From IMG/VR virus record IMGVR_UViG_3300027126_000006: a stretch of 64,000 nucleotides of DNA, one strand, 5' to 3'. The stretch's first letter is position 1, and every line of letters starts with the position of its first letter. Position numbers and translations under genes: made by a program. The notes beneath the pieces were generated by a model. It searched no databases. It was given only the letters and a program-made list of their open reading frames with translations, and was not told the origin of the DNA. This DNA is from a virus. This document shows positions 28,399 to 37,250 of the stretch, one piece after another.

Positions 28399-29916
28399 AT
28401 GGCTCAAGTTATTAAGTTTTCGGATATTGTAGCAGCACAGAAAAATCAGCAGATGGCAGTGAATGCTGAACAGCTACAAGAACTGACCCGTGCTGTCATT
28501 CACCAAAGCGAAACTCAATCTGCGAACCAAGAAAGTTTTATTCAGAACCTTAACGACACCCTTAAGAAAGGGTTTGATAAGGTCACAAACGAATTAAAAT
28601 CAATTGGCGAACTCCAATCTAAATTGGGAGTCATTGCAGCCCAAGGATCCAAATATACACCTCAATCAGCCTTGCAGCAGATTAAAGGTGGAATACAGCA
28701 GATGGGTACAATTGAAGGCTTCATTGACGTTGAAAAATCAACAGGATTAATTGGAAATGCTCTGAAGCGCCGGCAGGCAAGAAAAGAATTCATCCAAGAA
28801 CAGATGGAAATGGATACTACTCTCACAGGAACAAATGAAGAAAAGAAAGTATTACTGACGGAACGATTTAAAGAGGTAGAGAAGTTAAGATCACAAGCCA
28901 ATGTAACTAACAACAAGGTAGATCGTTTACGAGAAAAAGGATACAGCGATACTCAGATAGAGAGAACATCCATCTACCAAGAAATGAAACAGATTAACGA
29001 GCGACTACAACAAGTAGATGCTTTATATAAAGAGAGACTTGAAATAGAGAATCAAAGTCAGAGGGATACTACTCTGCCACTGGGTCAATCGAGAATCAAA
29101 GTTAATGATATGATTGCAGCAAATGATCCTCTAATCACATCAGAAGAGAAGCAACAAGATGCACTAAAGATCCAGCAAGATGTTGCTGGAGAAACTATAA
29201 GGAATCAGATAGACACCATAATAATACTCAGACAACAAGAAGATATTCTTAAAAAGGTTGAAGAAAATACTAGAGCCTTTTTGACGAAAGAGATTTCTAC
29301 AAGTAGTGGAGATGGAATCGAACTTAGTGGAAAGGCAGTATTAGGTGGAGGTAAAGCTATAGCCACTGGAGCTAGAGCAGCGTTATCAGGAGGAGCTCGA
29401 TTAGCTTCAGTAGCATTACCTTATGCTGCTCCTGCTGCCATTGCTTATGGTGCCGCTAACGTCGTTGATTATGGAGTAGGTAAACTGGGTATTGGAAAAG
29501 ATGCAGAAGGCAATGACATTGCTGTCAACGCAGAACAAGATGATAAGAATTGGGAGAAAATGACCACATTCCAGAAGCTTCAATCTGGTTTTGCCCGTGG
29601 CATTGAAAAGACTGGATCGTTTGTTGGATTGAGTAATATAGCAAGAGAGGCTCAGGCGAAGAGAATTGAAAGTGAAACAAAGTACCTCCAAAAACTAGAG
29701 CCAGCGCAGGCGCCTTCAATGGCCAATATAGTAGAAGGCCAATCAATTGAAGTTGGAACATCCAAACAATCAATATCATCTGCTCCAGTAGTAATCAATG
29801 CACCCCAGAGTACCAACATCGATAATAGTACCTCAAACTTCGGCGGTAAGCCAGTTACGAGGAATACTGATTCCACAATGTCAGATCTCAATCGATCACG
29901 ATACAGGTTCGCATAA
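28399..29916 (+). CDS. coiled-coil baseplate hub / tape-measure-like protein (gp29-like)
   Basis: helical Q/E/K-rich body, Gly/Ala-rich segment and C-terminal PVVINAP motif; synteny after gp26/gp51. Confidence 0.5.
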   Translation: MAQVIKFSDIVAAQKNQQMAVNAEQLQELTRAVIHQSETQSANQESFIQNLNDTLKKGFDKVTNELKSIGELQSKLGVIAAQGSKYTPQSALQQIKGGIQQMGTIEGFIDVEKSTGLIGNALKRRQARKEFIQEQMEMDTTLTGTNEEKKVLLTERFKEVEKLRSQANVTNNKVDRLREKGYSDTQIERTSIYQEMKQINERLQQVDALYKERLEIENQSQRDTTLPLGQSRIKVNDMIAANDPLITSEEKQQDALKIQQDVAGETIRNQIDTIIILRQQEDILKKVEENTRAFLTKEISTSSGDGIELSGKAVLGGGKAIATGARAALSGGARLASVALPYAAPAAIAYGAANVVDYGVGKLGIGKDAEGNDIAVNAEQDDKNWEKMTTFQKLQSGFARGIEKTGSFVGLSNIAREAQAKRIESETKYLQKLEPAQAPSMANIVEGQSIEVGTSKQSISSAPVVINAPQSTNIDNSTSNFGGKPVTRNTDSTMSDLNRSRYRFA

Positions 29917-29918
29917 AC

Positions 29919-29946
29919 AAAAAGGGGCCAATGGCCCCTTTTCTTT
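29919..29946. terminator. bidirectional intrinsic terminator between convergent genes
   Basis: aaaaaggggcca-a-tggcccctttt with T-runs on both strands. Confidence 0.85.
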
Positions 29947-29959
29947 AGATCAGTTGATC

Positions 29960-30904
29960 TTACTCTTCAGCGATTGATTTGAAGTAGGACATCATATCCT
30001 CGTCATCATCTTCATCTAGACCAGCTGCTACAGCCTTGCGTGGCTGAGGAGCAGGTTTGGATGGCCGAGCAGGTTTGGCAGCAATAGTTTCAACTTCTTC
30101 GTCTTCGGCAGTTGCAGCCTGATATGCCGTCTCTGCCATTGAAGTACCAGAAAGTACTGCATCGAGCTTAGCCTTCAGCTCATCGTATGTCTTGAAGTTC
30201 TTAGGATCAAGAAACTCGTTCAGGTCGTACTGCTGCTTAGCAACATCAAGGATCTCTTGATCGTCGTCGGCTACAGCAGATACAGACTCAAACTCTGATG
30301 AGTCGTAGTTTGGATACTTGTCAACTACTTTCATCCGAAGCTTGAAGTTAGCACCTTCCCAGTAATCGAACACATTTACAGGATCCTCGTCCTCGAATGT
30401 TGGTCGAGCTTTCGCCATGATCTTGTCGAAAATCTTCTTACCAAACTTATAGAGGAACACCTTACCGTTGTTCTCTGGATGCTTTGGATCATTGACAACA
30501 AGAATGTTAGCAATGTAGTTCAGCTTACGCTTTTGGTTGCGTGCCTGCTTCCGCTCAGGTGAGTTATCATCACCAGAAGCATTCCACAACTTCATATTCA
30601 GCTCGCCAACAGGATCAGGCTTGCCGATTGTCGTCAGTGAATTCTCAATATACCACCGACCAGTCGGGCCCTTGAAACCATGAGACCATACCTTGACCCA
30701 AGGTAGCTGATCTTGATTTGTGTTGGGGAGAAAGCGGATCGTTGCTGTTGCGTTGCCCGCCTTGTCGCGCTCTGGTTTCCAGAAACGAGTGTCTTCATAA
30801 GACTTAGTGCTGGATTCTGGATTAGTGCTCTTCTCAAACTCCTGAGACATCTTGCTGAAGCTTGAGTTCCGTGATGCGCGTAGTGATTTTAGATTTAGTT
30901 CCAT
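29960..30904 (-). CDS. single-stranded DNA-binding protein gp32
   Basis: DTRFWKP..DKAGNA.ATIRFLP, WYIENSLTTIG..DPV, FLYKFGKKIFDKI and acidic tail. Confidence 0.96.
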   Translation of the reverse strand: MELNLKSLRASRNSSFSKMSQEFEKSTNPESSTKSYEDTRFWKPERDKAGNATATIRFLPNTNQDQLPWVKVWSHGFKGPTGRWYIENSLTTIGKPDPVGELNMKLWNASGDDNSPERKQARNQKRKLNYIANILVVNDPKHPENNGKVFLYKFGKKIFDKIMAKARPTFEDEDPVNVFDYWEGANFKLRMKVVDKYPNYDSSEFESVSAVADDDQEILDVAKQQYDLNEFLDPKNFKTYDELKAKLDAVLSGTSMAETAYQAATAEDEEVETIAAKPARPSKPAPQPRKAVAAGLDEDDDEDMMSYFKSIAEE

Positions 30905-30960
30905 TTTGTATTTCCTTTAAACGTAGTATTGACGTAGTATTGCGTATGATTCATTACAAA
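30905..30960 (-). promoter_or_regulatory. putative gp32 autogenous translational operator (unstructured repeats)
   Basis: aatcatacgc-aatactacgtc-aatactacgt repeats just before SD AAGGA. Confidence 0.5.
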
Positions 30961-30961
30961 C

Positions 30962-31165
30962 TTACTCTTCACGTGTCTTATTTATAATGATCTCATCCTC
31001 AATTGAAACTCCATCGTCAAAAATATCATCTTCGTCTTCTTCATAGACATTGATGTACTTCATGCCACCAGTCTTTCGATTATTTGCATGGCGATGGTGT
31101 TTGCCTCGACGGCTGCCTTGATGTTCATCATCGAATGATGGTTGATGCCGAACTGTCTTACCCAT
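30962..31165 (-). CDS. conserved small hypothetical protein
   Basis: ORF between gp59 and gp32; basic N-terminus and acidic C-terminus. Confidence 0.65.
   Translation of the reverse strand: MGKTVRHQPSFDDEHQGSRRGKHHRHANNRKTGGMKYINVYEEDEDDIFDDGVSIEDEIIINKTREE
30979..30986 (-). promoter_or_regulatory. late promoter TATAAATA upstream of gp32
   Basis: forward tatttata. Confidence 0.55.
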
Positions 31166-31757
31166 GATACGTGCCTTGTTGCTCCTCTTTAAATTGCATA
31201 TAGGCGTCTGCTACCTTCTGCTTATCAAACTTAACGAACCCAGCAGACTTTTCAATCTTTGAGAGCTCGCTATCTAACAGCAAAGCCACGTGAGGACTCT
31301 GCTTAAACTTCGAAACAACTCCGTCCAACTTATTAAGGATGACCATTGTCTCTAACGTGATTTGTTTAGCCATGTATAATTGTAACACATCGGGGATTTT
31401 ATTTCCACTAAATTCATACTGAGCTCCAGACTCAGCAATTGTACTGAGGTCGTCACGGAAAATCTTAGTCATTGATTGACGACGTCGAAGATACTCTTTG
31501 TAGTTGGTCATCCCAGAGTTCGGATCATACACAACATCAGGATTGTCGTACATGAAGTTTGATGCAATGTACTGAATGTACTCTTTCTCGAGTTTAAACT
31601 GACGAGCCAACTTCTCGAAGATCATCCGATCGTTCCTACCAACAAACTTCTCCATGGAACTTTTTACACGGCCATTGGTAACGAACACATCGTACTTCTG
31701 GGAAGTGAAATGAAGCTTCACTGCCGTGTAGTATTTGAATGCTCTAAACCCGTCCAT
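31158..31757 (-). CDS. helicase loader gp59
   Basis: YTAVKLHFTSQKYDVF...RND..IFEKL...ITLETMVIL. Confidence 0.9.
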   Translation of the reverse strand: MDGFRAFKYYTAVKLHFTSQKYDVFVTNGRVKSSMEKFVGRNDRMIFEKLARQFKLEKEYIQYIASNFMYDNPDVVYDPNSGMTNYKEYLRRRQSMTKIFRDDLSTIAESGAQYEFSGNKIPDVLQLYMAKQITLETMVILNKLDGVVSKFKQSPHVALLLDSELSKIEKSAGFVKFDKQKVADAYMQFKEEQQGTYHG

Positions 31758-31981
31758 TATACATCCAGCTGTGCTTGTTCAGGGAGGTAGTTGAGATTGC
31801 GAAAGTCTTGTTCAAGTTTCTCACGAAGAGACTTGTTGATCTTCGACGCGATATCTTCTGGTTCAAGACTATGCTCATTGCAGTACTCGAGTGTTGCCTC
31901 GAGATAAGTTACCTTATGATCGACTGCATACTTCTCAATATAAAGAGAAAGTTCGTTTGCAGTCCTAAAAACATTTTCCAT
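31757..31981 (-). CDS. late-transcription coactivator gp33
   Basis: IEK...YLEATLEYC....EPEDIASKINKSLREKLE...LNYLP. Confidence 0.88.
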   Translation of the reverse strand: MENVFRTANELSLYIEKYAVDHKVTYLEATLEYCNEHSLEPEDIASKINKSLREKLEQDFRNLNYLPEQAQLDV

Positions 31982-32236
31982 TTATACCCCTGCTTTGTTG
32001 ATGTAAAAGTTAGTCACGCGGATCAAGTCATTCAACGTGGAGTACTCAGATAGCATCATCTTGTATGTCTTCCACTCATCTGTGTCAGTATCTCGCTCAT
32101 CCATATTCGAGTTCGATAGGAACACGCTAAAGAACTTGTCCATTTTCATCTTAGCCACAACGAGTTTATTGTAGGTGTTGTTTAGTTCGGTTGCGGATTC
32201 ATCTTTCAGAGATTCACGGATCAGTTTATAGTTCAT
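31982..32236 (-). CDS. hypothetical protein (start probably MNYKLI)
   Basis: ORF track; ATG directly after the upstream stop. Confidence 0.6.
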   Translation of the reverse strand: MNYKLIRESLKDESATELNNTYNKLVVAKMKMDKFFSVFLSNSNMDERDTDTDEWKTYKMMLSEYSTLNDLIRVTNFYINKAGV

Positions 32237-32237
32237 G

Positions 32238-32543
32238 TTATCGTCGCATGGAAGCCAAGTCTTTGGCCTCTTCTTGTTTGAAAATAGGAATGGCATTCGA
32301 CTTGTGGAGAGTCCCAATACCAAGTAACTTATCACCAGTATACATCAGAACATCTTTTTTGACACCGTTGCCAATTCCATCGCCGAGACTAGGAATCGGT
32401 TTCGTTTCGCGAATGTAAGGTCCCGTTGATGTCACAGTTACACCACGAAGACTTCGTTTGAGAGCTCGCTGCTCTTTCAGCATTGCCTTACGAGCCTCGA
32501 GTTGTTTCTTGGACAGGTTTGATCGTTGATTAGTATATATCAT
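32238..32543 (-). CDS. conserved T4-like hypothetical protein
   Basis: YTGDKLLGIGTLHKSNAIPIF..EEAKDLASMRR motif common in T4-like phages. Confidence 0.75.
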   Translation of the reverse strand: MIYTNQRSNLSKKQLEARKAMLKEQRALKRSLRGVTVTSTGPYIRETKPIPSLGDGIGNGVKKDVLMYTGDKLLGIGTLHKSNAIPIFKQEEAKDLASMRR

Positions 32544-32570
32544 TTTACAATTGTCTCACACAATTGAATA

Positions 32571-32804
32571 TTATTCAACGATCGACTCAAGCCAATTCTG
32601 ATGAGACTGAACAACCTTTGCCTTAGCAGCAGGAGACCAGACAATCTCATCACAGCGACCATTGACGTAGGTCAAGACACGGTACTCAGCTCCTAGCGAT
32701 TCGAGATCGTTAACGAGCTCAGACATTTCATGTTGATCTTCGACAGTCATACTGAAGATGAAACTTTGGTTGTTGAATTGAACTTCTTTGTAGTCTTTCA
32801 TCAT
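32571..32804 (-). CDS. hypothetical early protein
   Basis: ORF with purine-rich RBS. Confidence 0.6.
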   Translation of the reverse strand: MMKDYKEVQFNNQSFIFSMTVEDQHEMSELVNDLESLGAEYRVLTYVNGRCDEIVWSPAAKAKVVQSHQNWLESIVE

Positions 32805-32819
32805 TTTCTCTCTTTGAAT

Positions 32820-33302
32820 TTAAGCAGGAATCCCAAGACCAGCGAGACAATCTCGCGTGGTGTAGAATGAATCGCGGCCATCGCGAGTAGCTGCAATTTC
32901 GACGGTCGCGCCGATCTCACTGATCAGGTGCATCTTACGATTGTTGTACTCCACCGTAACATCGTTGATTTCGAAATAGTCGCCAAAGTCTTCACGAAGC
33001 AGTTGACGAGCTATATAAAGCGACTCTGCAAACAACATCACATTGAGTTGTTTTTCTTCGCCCTCAATACTGAGGTTGTACATCACTAGGGAATTCATAA
33101 CCTTGCTTTCACTTTTCATCATAAGTACATTATCCGACAAATCGGAATTAATGTCAACGGCCATCTCATCCGCTGCAATCTGCAGCTCGCTGTTGATGTC
33201 CCAGAACTGACCCTCTTGTCGAACGGTATCCGTCCACCGTGCGAACTCAAACTCGAATTCCATAACATCTGCAGCATTCCAGTTCTCAGGATACATAATC
33301 AT
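32820..33302 (-). CDS. hypothetical early protein; contains an internal promoter and may be two proteins
   Basis: ORF track; promoter at 33129-33157 lies inside it. Confidence 0.5.
   Translation of the reverse strand: MIMYPENWNAADVMEFEFEFARWTDTVRQEGQFWDINSELQIAADEMAVDINSDLSDNVLMMKSESKVMNSLVMYNLSIEGEEKQLNVMLFAESLYIARQLLREDFGDYFEINDVTVEYNNRKMHLISEIGATVEIAATRDGRDSFYTTRDCLAGLGIPA
33129..33157 (-). promoter_or_regulatory. early promoter TTGACA-TTAATTCC...GATAAT
   Basis: 17-nt spacer; conserved extended motif. Confidence 0.75.
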
Positions 33303-33529
33303 TTACCTTGTTGATGGAGTTTGTTGGCGTTCAGCTTGACCATAGATTCGACATGCTTCAGAAACCGCTTCTGCGAAGCTTTGCTTTCGCGTCGCAGGAA
33401 GCTCGTGATCGTACCATGAAGATACCCTTGAGCGTAGTGGCGATCTTCGCTGTCGAGCAGTCGATTGAGAGTATTCATCTGCTTGTCAATCTGATCTACG
33501 AGGGTGATTTCGATCGCTGGCTGTTTCAT
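33299..33529 (-). CDS. hypothetical early protein (MKQPAI...)
   Basis: RBS GGAG downstream of the promoter at 33560-33588. Confidence 0.6.
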   Translation of the reverse strand: MKQPAIEITLVDQIDKQMNTLNRLLDSEDRHYAQGYLHGTITSFLRRESKASQKRFLKHVESMVKLNANKLHQQGK

Positions 33530-33559
33530 TTCATCTCTCCGTTCTTTCACTGTAGGGAC

Positions 33560-33588
33560 ATTATCACATAATTCGGAATTAATGTCAA
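33560..33588 (-). promoter_or_regulatory. early promoter TTGACA-N17-GATAAT
   Basis: ggaattaatgtcaac motif. Confidence 0.8.
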
Positions 33589-33606
33589 CAGCGGGGAAAT
33601 GCCCGA

Positions 33607-33867
33607 CTATTTTGGTAGGGTATTTTGATCAACCCCGAAAGATGCCTTGATGGATTCGATGCAGTAGCTACGGAATGCGTCTTCGATCTGATTCCGGTAA
33701 TCTTGGTAGCCAGGAGGAACACCTTCTACGATCTTAACACACTCCCGAACAATCAACTCGGCGAACTTATTCCTATCGAATTCCCAATGTGGTGATCGCT
33801 CACTATACAACGGCTCGTTGGTATGAGTCCAACACTGTTCAGCAAGTTCACGAATTCGTTCGTTCAT
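33607..33867 (-). CDS. MNERI-family small protein, copy 1
   Basis: MNERIRELA...KFAELIVREC...SFGV. Confidence 0.75.
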   Translation of the reverse strand: MNERIRELAEQCWTHTNEPLYSERSPHWEFDRNKFAELIVRECVKIVEGVPPGYQDYRNQIEDAFRSYCIESIKASFGVDQNTLPK

Positions 33868-34073
33868 TCTTCAACACCGAAACTATCCAATATTGCGGCA
33901 CCAATATTCTTCCTACCTTGATGCTCCATAAGACCAGCAGTAATCGCACATTCCCTGACAATCAACTCGGCGAACTTTTCTTCCCATAAGAGATCGTACA
34001 AATCATCTCCAGCAAAATGCTGGTCACACCACACATCGGTCTGTTGGGCCAATTTAAGAAATCGTTCGTTCAT
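33864..34073 (-). CDS. MNERI-family small protein, copy 2
   Basis: MNERF...KFAELIVREC...SFGVEE. Confidence 0.75.
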   Translation of the reverse strand: MNERFLKLAQQTDVWCDQHFAGDDLYDLLWEEKFAELIVRECAITAGLMEHQGRKNIGAAILDSFGVEE

Positions 34074-34085
34074 ACTACACCTTAG

Positions 34086-34469
34086 TTACTGAGCATAATC
34101 AATTTTTGACCAATCACAATCATCCATGATATCTACTTGAATGTTAGGATGATCTTCAGCTTGTTTTAAGATACCAGCCAACACCGAATACCCATATCCA
34201 GTTGTTCGGTAGTTGTTCTTGTGGCATCGGTATATCGACCCTGAGTATCCTTTGAATAAGTAACAGTTGCCATCCTCTTCAACACTAACGATACCGCTAT
34301 TGATCTTCCACGATTCGCCTTGAGTGTATCCACCGTACCACTGGGCAAATACTTTGTATGTGATCATATTCAAAGTATCTTCAACGAACCTAACGATCAC
34401 CCAAGCATCGGGTGTATACTCTGTAGAATTCATATAGTCGCCTGCAGTGGTAAATTTTAGGTCGTTCAT
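34086..34469 (-). CDS. conserved phage hypothetical protein
   Basis: YTPDAWVI...YKVFAQWYGGY..GESWKINSGI...GYSGSIYRC. Confidence 0.75.
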   Translation of the reverse strand: MNDLKFTTAGDYMNSTEYTPDAWVIVRFVEDTLNMITYKVFAQWYGGYTQGESWKINSGIVSVEEDGNCYLFKGYSGSIYRCHKNNYRTTGYGYSVLAGILKQAEDHPNIQVDIMDDCDWSKIDYAQ

Positions 34470-34660
34470 TATTCAATACCAAAATGCTCAAACATCTGCC
34501 TAACCGCTTGGCTATTTTCATCACCAACAAATGGTGCGCATTCCAGAACAATCAACTCGGCGAACAGTTTCTTATCAAAAATCTCCTGCCTGTAATCAGG
34601 ATCATCGGGTTCAATCACCCGGGTTGCTTGCTGGATCAGTTCTTGAATTCGTTCGTTCAT
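34469..34660 (-). CDS. MNERI-family small protein, copy 3 (ORF track extends it to 34756)
   Basis: MNERIQEL...LFAELIVLEC...HFGIE. Confidence 0.7.
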   Translation of the reverse strand: MNERIQELIQQATRVIEPDDPDYRQEIFDKKLFAELIVLECAPFVGDENSQAVRQMFEHFGIE

Positions 34661-34752
34661 TATTTCCGCCCCCACGCTTGATCTTGACACTTCTTCCAAG
34701 TCTTTGCGACCCACTCGCTCATCTCTTGGGGTGTGATTGGCTTGTTCATAGT

Positions 34753-34953
34753 TCACCCCTTGAAGTAGTCTACCACACGACCACGACCTGCGTCAATAAC
34801 TCTAGCCAGAATGTGCTCTCCGCCTAGTTGAGCCTTGGCGAACATTCGGGCTTCATCGAGGTCATCAAAGTAAAGAACCTCGTCAGTCCAGGGATCGGTG
34901 GTACCATAGTAGGTACCGTCAACATCTTGGAGTTCAACATAGAATTCAGTCAT
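34753..34953 (-). CDS. hypothetical early protein (MTEFYV...)
   Basis: ORF track; coupled to the upstream stop. Confidence 0.6.
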   Translation of the reverse strand: MTEFYVELQDVDGTYYGTTDPWTDEVLYFDDLDEARMFAKAQLGGEHILARVIDAGRGRVVDYFKG

Positions 34954-35096
34954 CACATAACCTCCCACCAAATATCAGGATTCTTTTTCTTACGATCAGT
35001 CCAGTACTTGATAGCCCATTCAATGTCGGTCTCAATCGCAATCGGAACCCGATTGCCAGTAACCGGATGCTTCCACGTGCCGATGTAGACTTTCAT
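34953..35096 (-). CDS. small hypothetical protein (47 aa, MKVYIGTWKHP...)
   Basis: read manually; fills the gap, stop overlaps the next start. Confidence 0.55.
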   Translation of the reverse strand: MKVYIGTWKHPVTGNRVPIAIETDIEWAIKYWTDRKKKNPDIWWEVM

Positions 35097-35101
35097 CATA
35101 A

Positions 35102-35227
35102 TCACAGCACTTCCTGTTCGAGGATCTCAGTAGAGTAGCGGTCACCATACTCAGAGCAGACCGCCTTCTCATAGGAATCATATACGCCGCGAACGACACC
35201 AGCAAACATTACAATGTAAACCTTCAT
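35102..35227 (-). CDS. small hypothetical protein (41 aa, MKVYIVMFAG...)
   Basis: read manually; RBS GGAG after the promoter at 35257-35285. Confidence 0.6.
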   Translation of the reverse strand: MKVYIVMFAGVVRGVYDSYEKAVCSEYGDRYSTEILEQEVL

Positions 35228-35256
35228 TTCTTGCTCCGTTCTTTCACTGTAGAGAC

Positions 35257-35285
35257 ATTATCTGATAATTAGGATTTAATGTCAA
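35257..35285 (-). promoter_or_regulatory. early promoter TTGACA-N17-GATAAT
   Basis: shares its leader sequence with the 33560 promoter. Confidence 0.8.
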
Positions 35286-35460
35286 CACAGAGCTCACGTG
35301 TGTTTTCTGCAGGAGAAGCGAGTGATTTAGGAGGTCGAAGGGGTTGTTGCGGAGTTTCTGTGATCTCCCCTCCGTGCGATTGCTGGTACATTTCTGCCAT
35401 TGACTTGATGTAAAATTTCATTACTTTACCTCGTTTCGTAACCAGCGTGTATCGCATCAC
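35269..35460 (-). CDS. hypothetical early protein
   Basis: SD AAGGAG; promoter at 35479-35507. Confidence 0.55.
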   Translation of the reverse strand: MMRYTLVTKRGKVMKFYIKSMAEMYQQSHGGEITETPQQPLRPPKSLASPAENTRELCVDIKS

Positions 35461-35478
35461 ATTACTCCTTTACCTAAG

Positions 35479-35507
35479 ATATTAGATGATTATGGATTTA
35501 ATGTCAA
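35479..35507 (-). promoter_or_regulatory. early promoter TTGACA-N17-TAATAT
   Basis: ggatttaatgtcaac motif. Confidence 0.65.
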
Positions 35508-36175
35508 CTCGCCTTCTTTTTCGCAGCAGGGCGCGTTGTCGCTTTCTTCTTCGCTTTGGCTGCAGCGTTGTCTTTCCTCTCTGCAGCCTTTTGCTTCGCT
35601 TCGAAGAACTGAACTCGCTTAGTCATTCGCTGTTTAATATCTTCTGCATCGAACCAAAGTTCAACACCAGCTTTGACTTGAGCCATTTCCTCCTTTGTGA
35701 GGAACCCTTCATATGTTTCGGCGAGGATCTTTTCTACTTGACGAACGGTAAATTCCGTATGGAGTTTTACGTTGCCAGCTGTTCCAACAGATCCGAAAGA
35801 TGCTGTGTGGACCATTGAGTATGCACTATCCAATACAATCACCTCATCGCAATACATCGAAATAATTGATGCTGCTGAATGACATGCACCAACAAGGACG
35901 GCTGTCACTTTTGCTGGTGTGTTCTTCAGGCCTTCGATGATCGCCATAGCAGTATCAAGCTGACCACCTTCTGAATTGATGATTAGGTTGAATACATCGT
36001 CATCCCCTGCATTAAACAGGAGGGAAATCAACTCACGATATTCAGAAGGATCTCCAATGCTACCGTCAAGGAAAACATCGTGATGTTGGTAGCTATGGAC
36101 TACCGAGTTGATATACTGGTCACCCTTAAGAAGAGCTGCCAGAGACATTGGACTGCCTAGATTTTGTTCTTTCAT
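35504..36175 (-). CDS. ClpP-like serine protease
   Basis: INSEGG, ACHSAAS (catalytic Ser), MVH (His) and WFDAED. Confidence 0.85.
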   Translation of the reverse strand: MKEQNLGSPMSLAALLKGDQYINSVVHSYQHHDVFLDGSIGDPSEYRELISLLFNAGDDDVFNLIINSEGGQLDTAMAIIEGLKNTPAKVTAVLVGACHSAASIISMYCDEVIVLDSAYSMVHTASFGSVGTAGNVKLHTEFTVRQVEKILAETYEGFLTKEEMAQVKAGVELWFDAEDIKQRMTKRVQFFEAKQKAAERKDNAAAKAKKKATTRPAAKKKAS

Positions 36176-36743
36176 TATCCACTCCATAAAAAATGTGCTG
36201 GCCGATTCTGGCTGTGACCCTCAAGTTTGTCATTCCTAGTTCGCTTTTGTGTACATAATCAGCATGGTAAAATAGTGCACCACGGGTGATATCAGGAAGG
36301 GTACGATAATTTATAAAAACATCATGCGCGATCTTCCAAATTTCTTGATATGTTTCGCGATTGAAGGCTCTTCTTACAGCAGTCATTCGCGACCTCTCAT
36401 CACACCACCAGGAGAATTGGCAAACAGGGCCAACTTGTTGTTTAACCACTTCACAAACGGTCTTTGGAAATCTGCGTGAAGTAGCCCGGTTCATTGTGAC
36501 AAACGCTACTGCACGTTTGCCTTCTTTACTCTCTGAACGCGCTTCGAAATAGATGTTGGCAGCCAGACAATCAATCTGCGCTTTCATATGTTCATCGATG
36601 TGCGTCTGTTTATATGTATGGGTAGTAGGCTCCTTGTTAACAGAAACAATTTCAGCTTTCACAGGCTTACTATCCTGCGTGGATCCAATGGTCAATAAAG
36701 TCGTCAGGAATGCGGCAATGCAAGCAGATAGATTTGGTTGCAT
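36126..36743 (-). CDS. cell-wall hydrolase SleB / Hydrolase_2
   Basis: CLAANIYFEARSE, VTMNR, FPKTVCEVV, CQFSW, GALFYHADYV and IGQHIFY. Confidence 0.92.
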   Translation of the reverse strand: MQPNLSACIAAFLTTLLTIGSTQDSKPVKAEIVSVNKEPTTHTYKQTHIDEHMKAQIDCLAANIYFEARSESKEGKRAVAFVTMNRATSRRFPKTVCEVVKQQVGPVCQFSWWCDERSRMTAVRRAFNRETYQEIWKIAHDVFINYRTLPDITRGALFYHADYVHKSELGMTNLRVTARIGQHIFYGVDNERTKSRQSNVSGSSS

Positions 36744-36804
36744 GATCTTCCTTATGTTGTAGGGTAATATTGTAATAATACCCGGTTAGTGAAGTACAGT
36801 CAAA

Positions 36805-36812
36805 TATAAATA
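36805..36812 (+). promoter_or_regulatory. late promoter TATAAATA
   Basis: exact motif 30 nt upstream of the lone plus-strand gene. Confidence 0.75.
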
Positions 36813-36842
36813 TTCAACAACAAAAATGGACTGTACACGAAA

Positions 36843-37250
36843 ATGAAACAGTACGATATCGACAGAGATGGCATTGTGACATCCCAGGATATTGATAATG
36901 CAGATCACATCAGTGAAATAGTTCTACGAGAAGAGAAAGCTGCCACGCAAAAAAGAATGGCGTGGGTTGCCTTCGCTTTAATGGCAGTGTTTACTGCAGT
37001 TCTCTTTTCACCGATTGTAACAGACGCGCGAGTCCACGCTTTAGCAGACTTGTTGGGTCTATTTTACATTGCCCAGGCAGGTATTGTGGGCGCATACATG
37101 GGCGTCACAGCTTGGATGTCTAATACTGCATCCAGAAGTTCAAGTTACGGTTATGGTGGGCCAATTGCCCCTAAACCAGCAGATCCTAAAGACACTTCTC
37201 GATTCAGGGCTCCAGACCCCGATGATGTTCCGCCACCTAAAGGGCGCTGA
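36843..37250 (+). CDS. two-TM membrane protein (holin-like) with N-terminal EF-hand-like loop
   Basis: DIDRDGIVTSQD; QKRMAWVAF..TM..IVGAYMG; own late promoter. Confidence 0.65.
   Translation: MKQYDIDRDGIVTSQDIDNADHISEIVLREEKAATQKRMAWVAFALMAVFTAVLFSPIVTDARVHALADLLGLFYIAQAGIVGAYMGVTAWMSNTASRSSSYGYGGPIAPKPADPKDTSRFRAPDPDDVPPPKGR

Noticed and set aside
28375-28400. A8 run at the gp51 end as a second frameshift
   Set aside because: The -1 frame closes within a few codons, and the next gene is in the same frame with its own ATG
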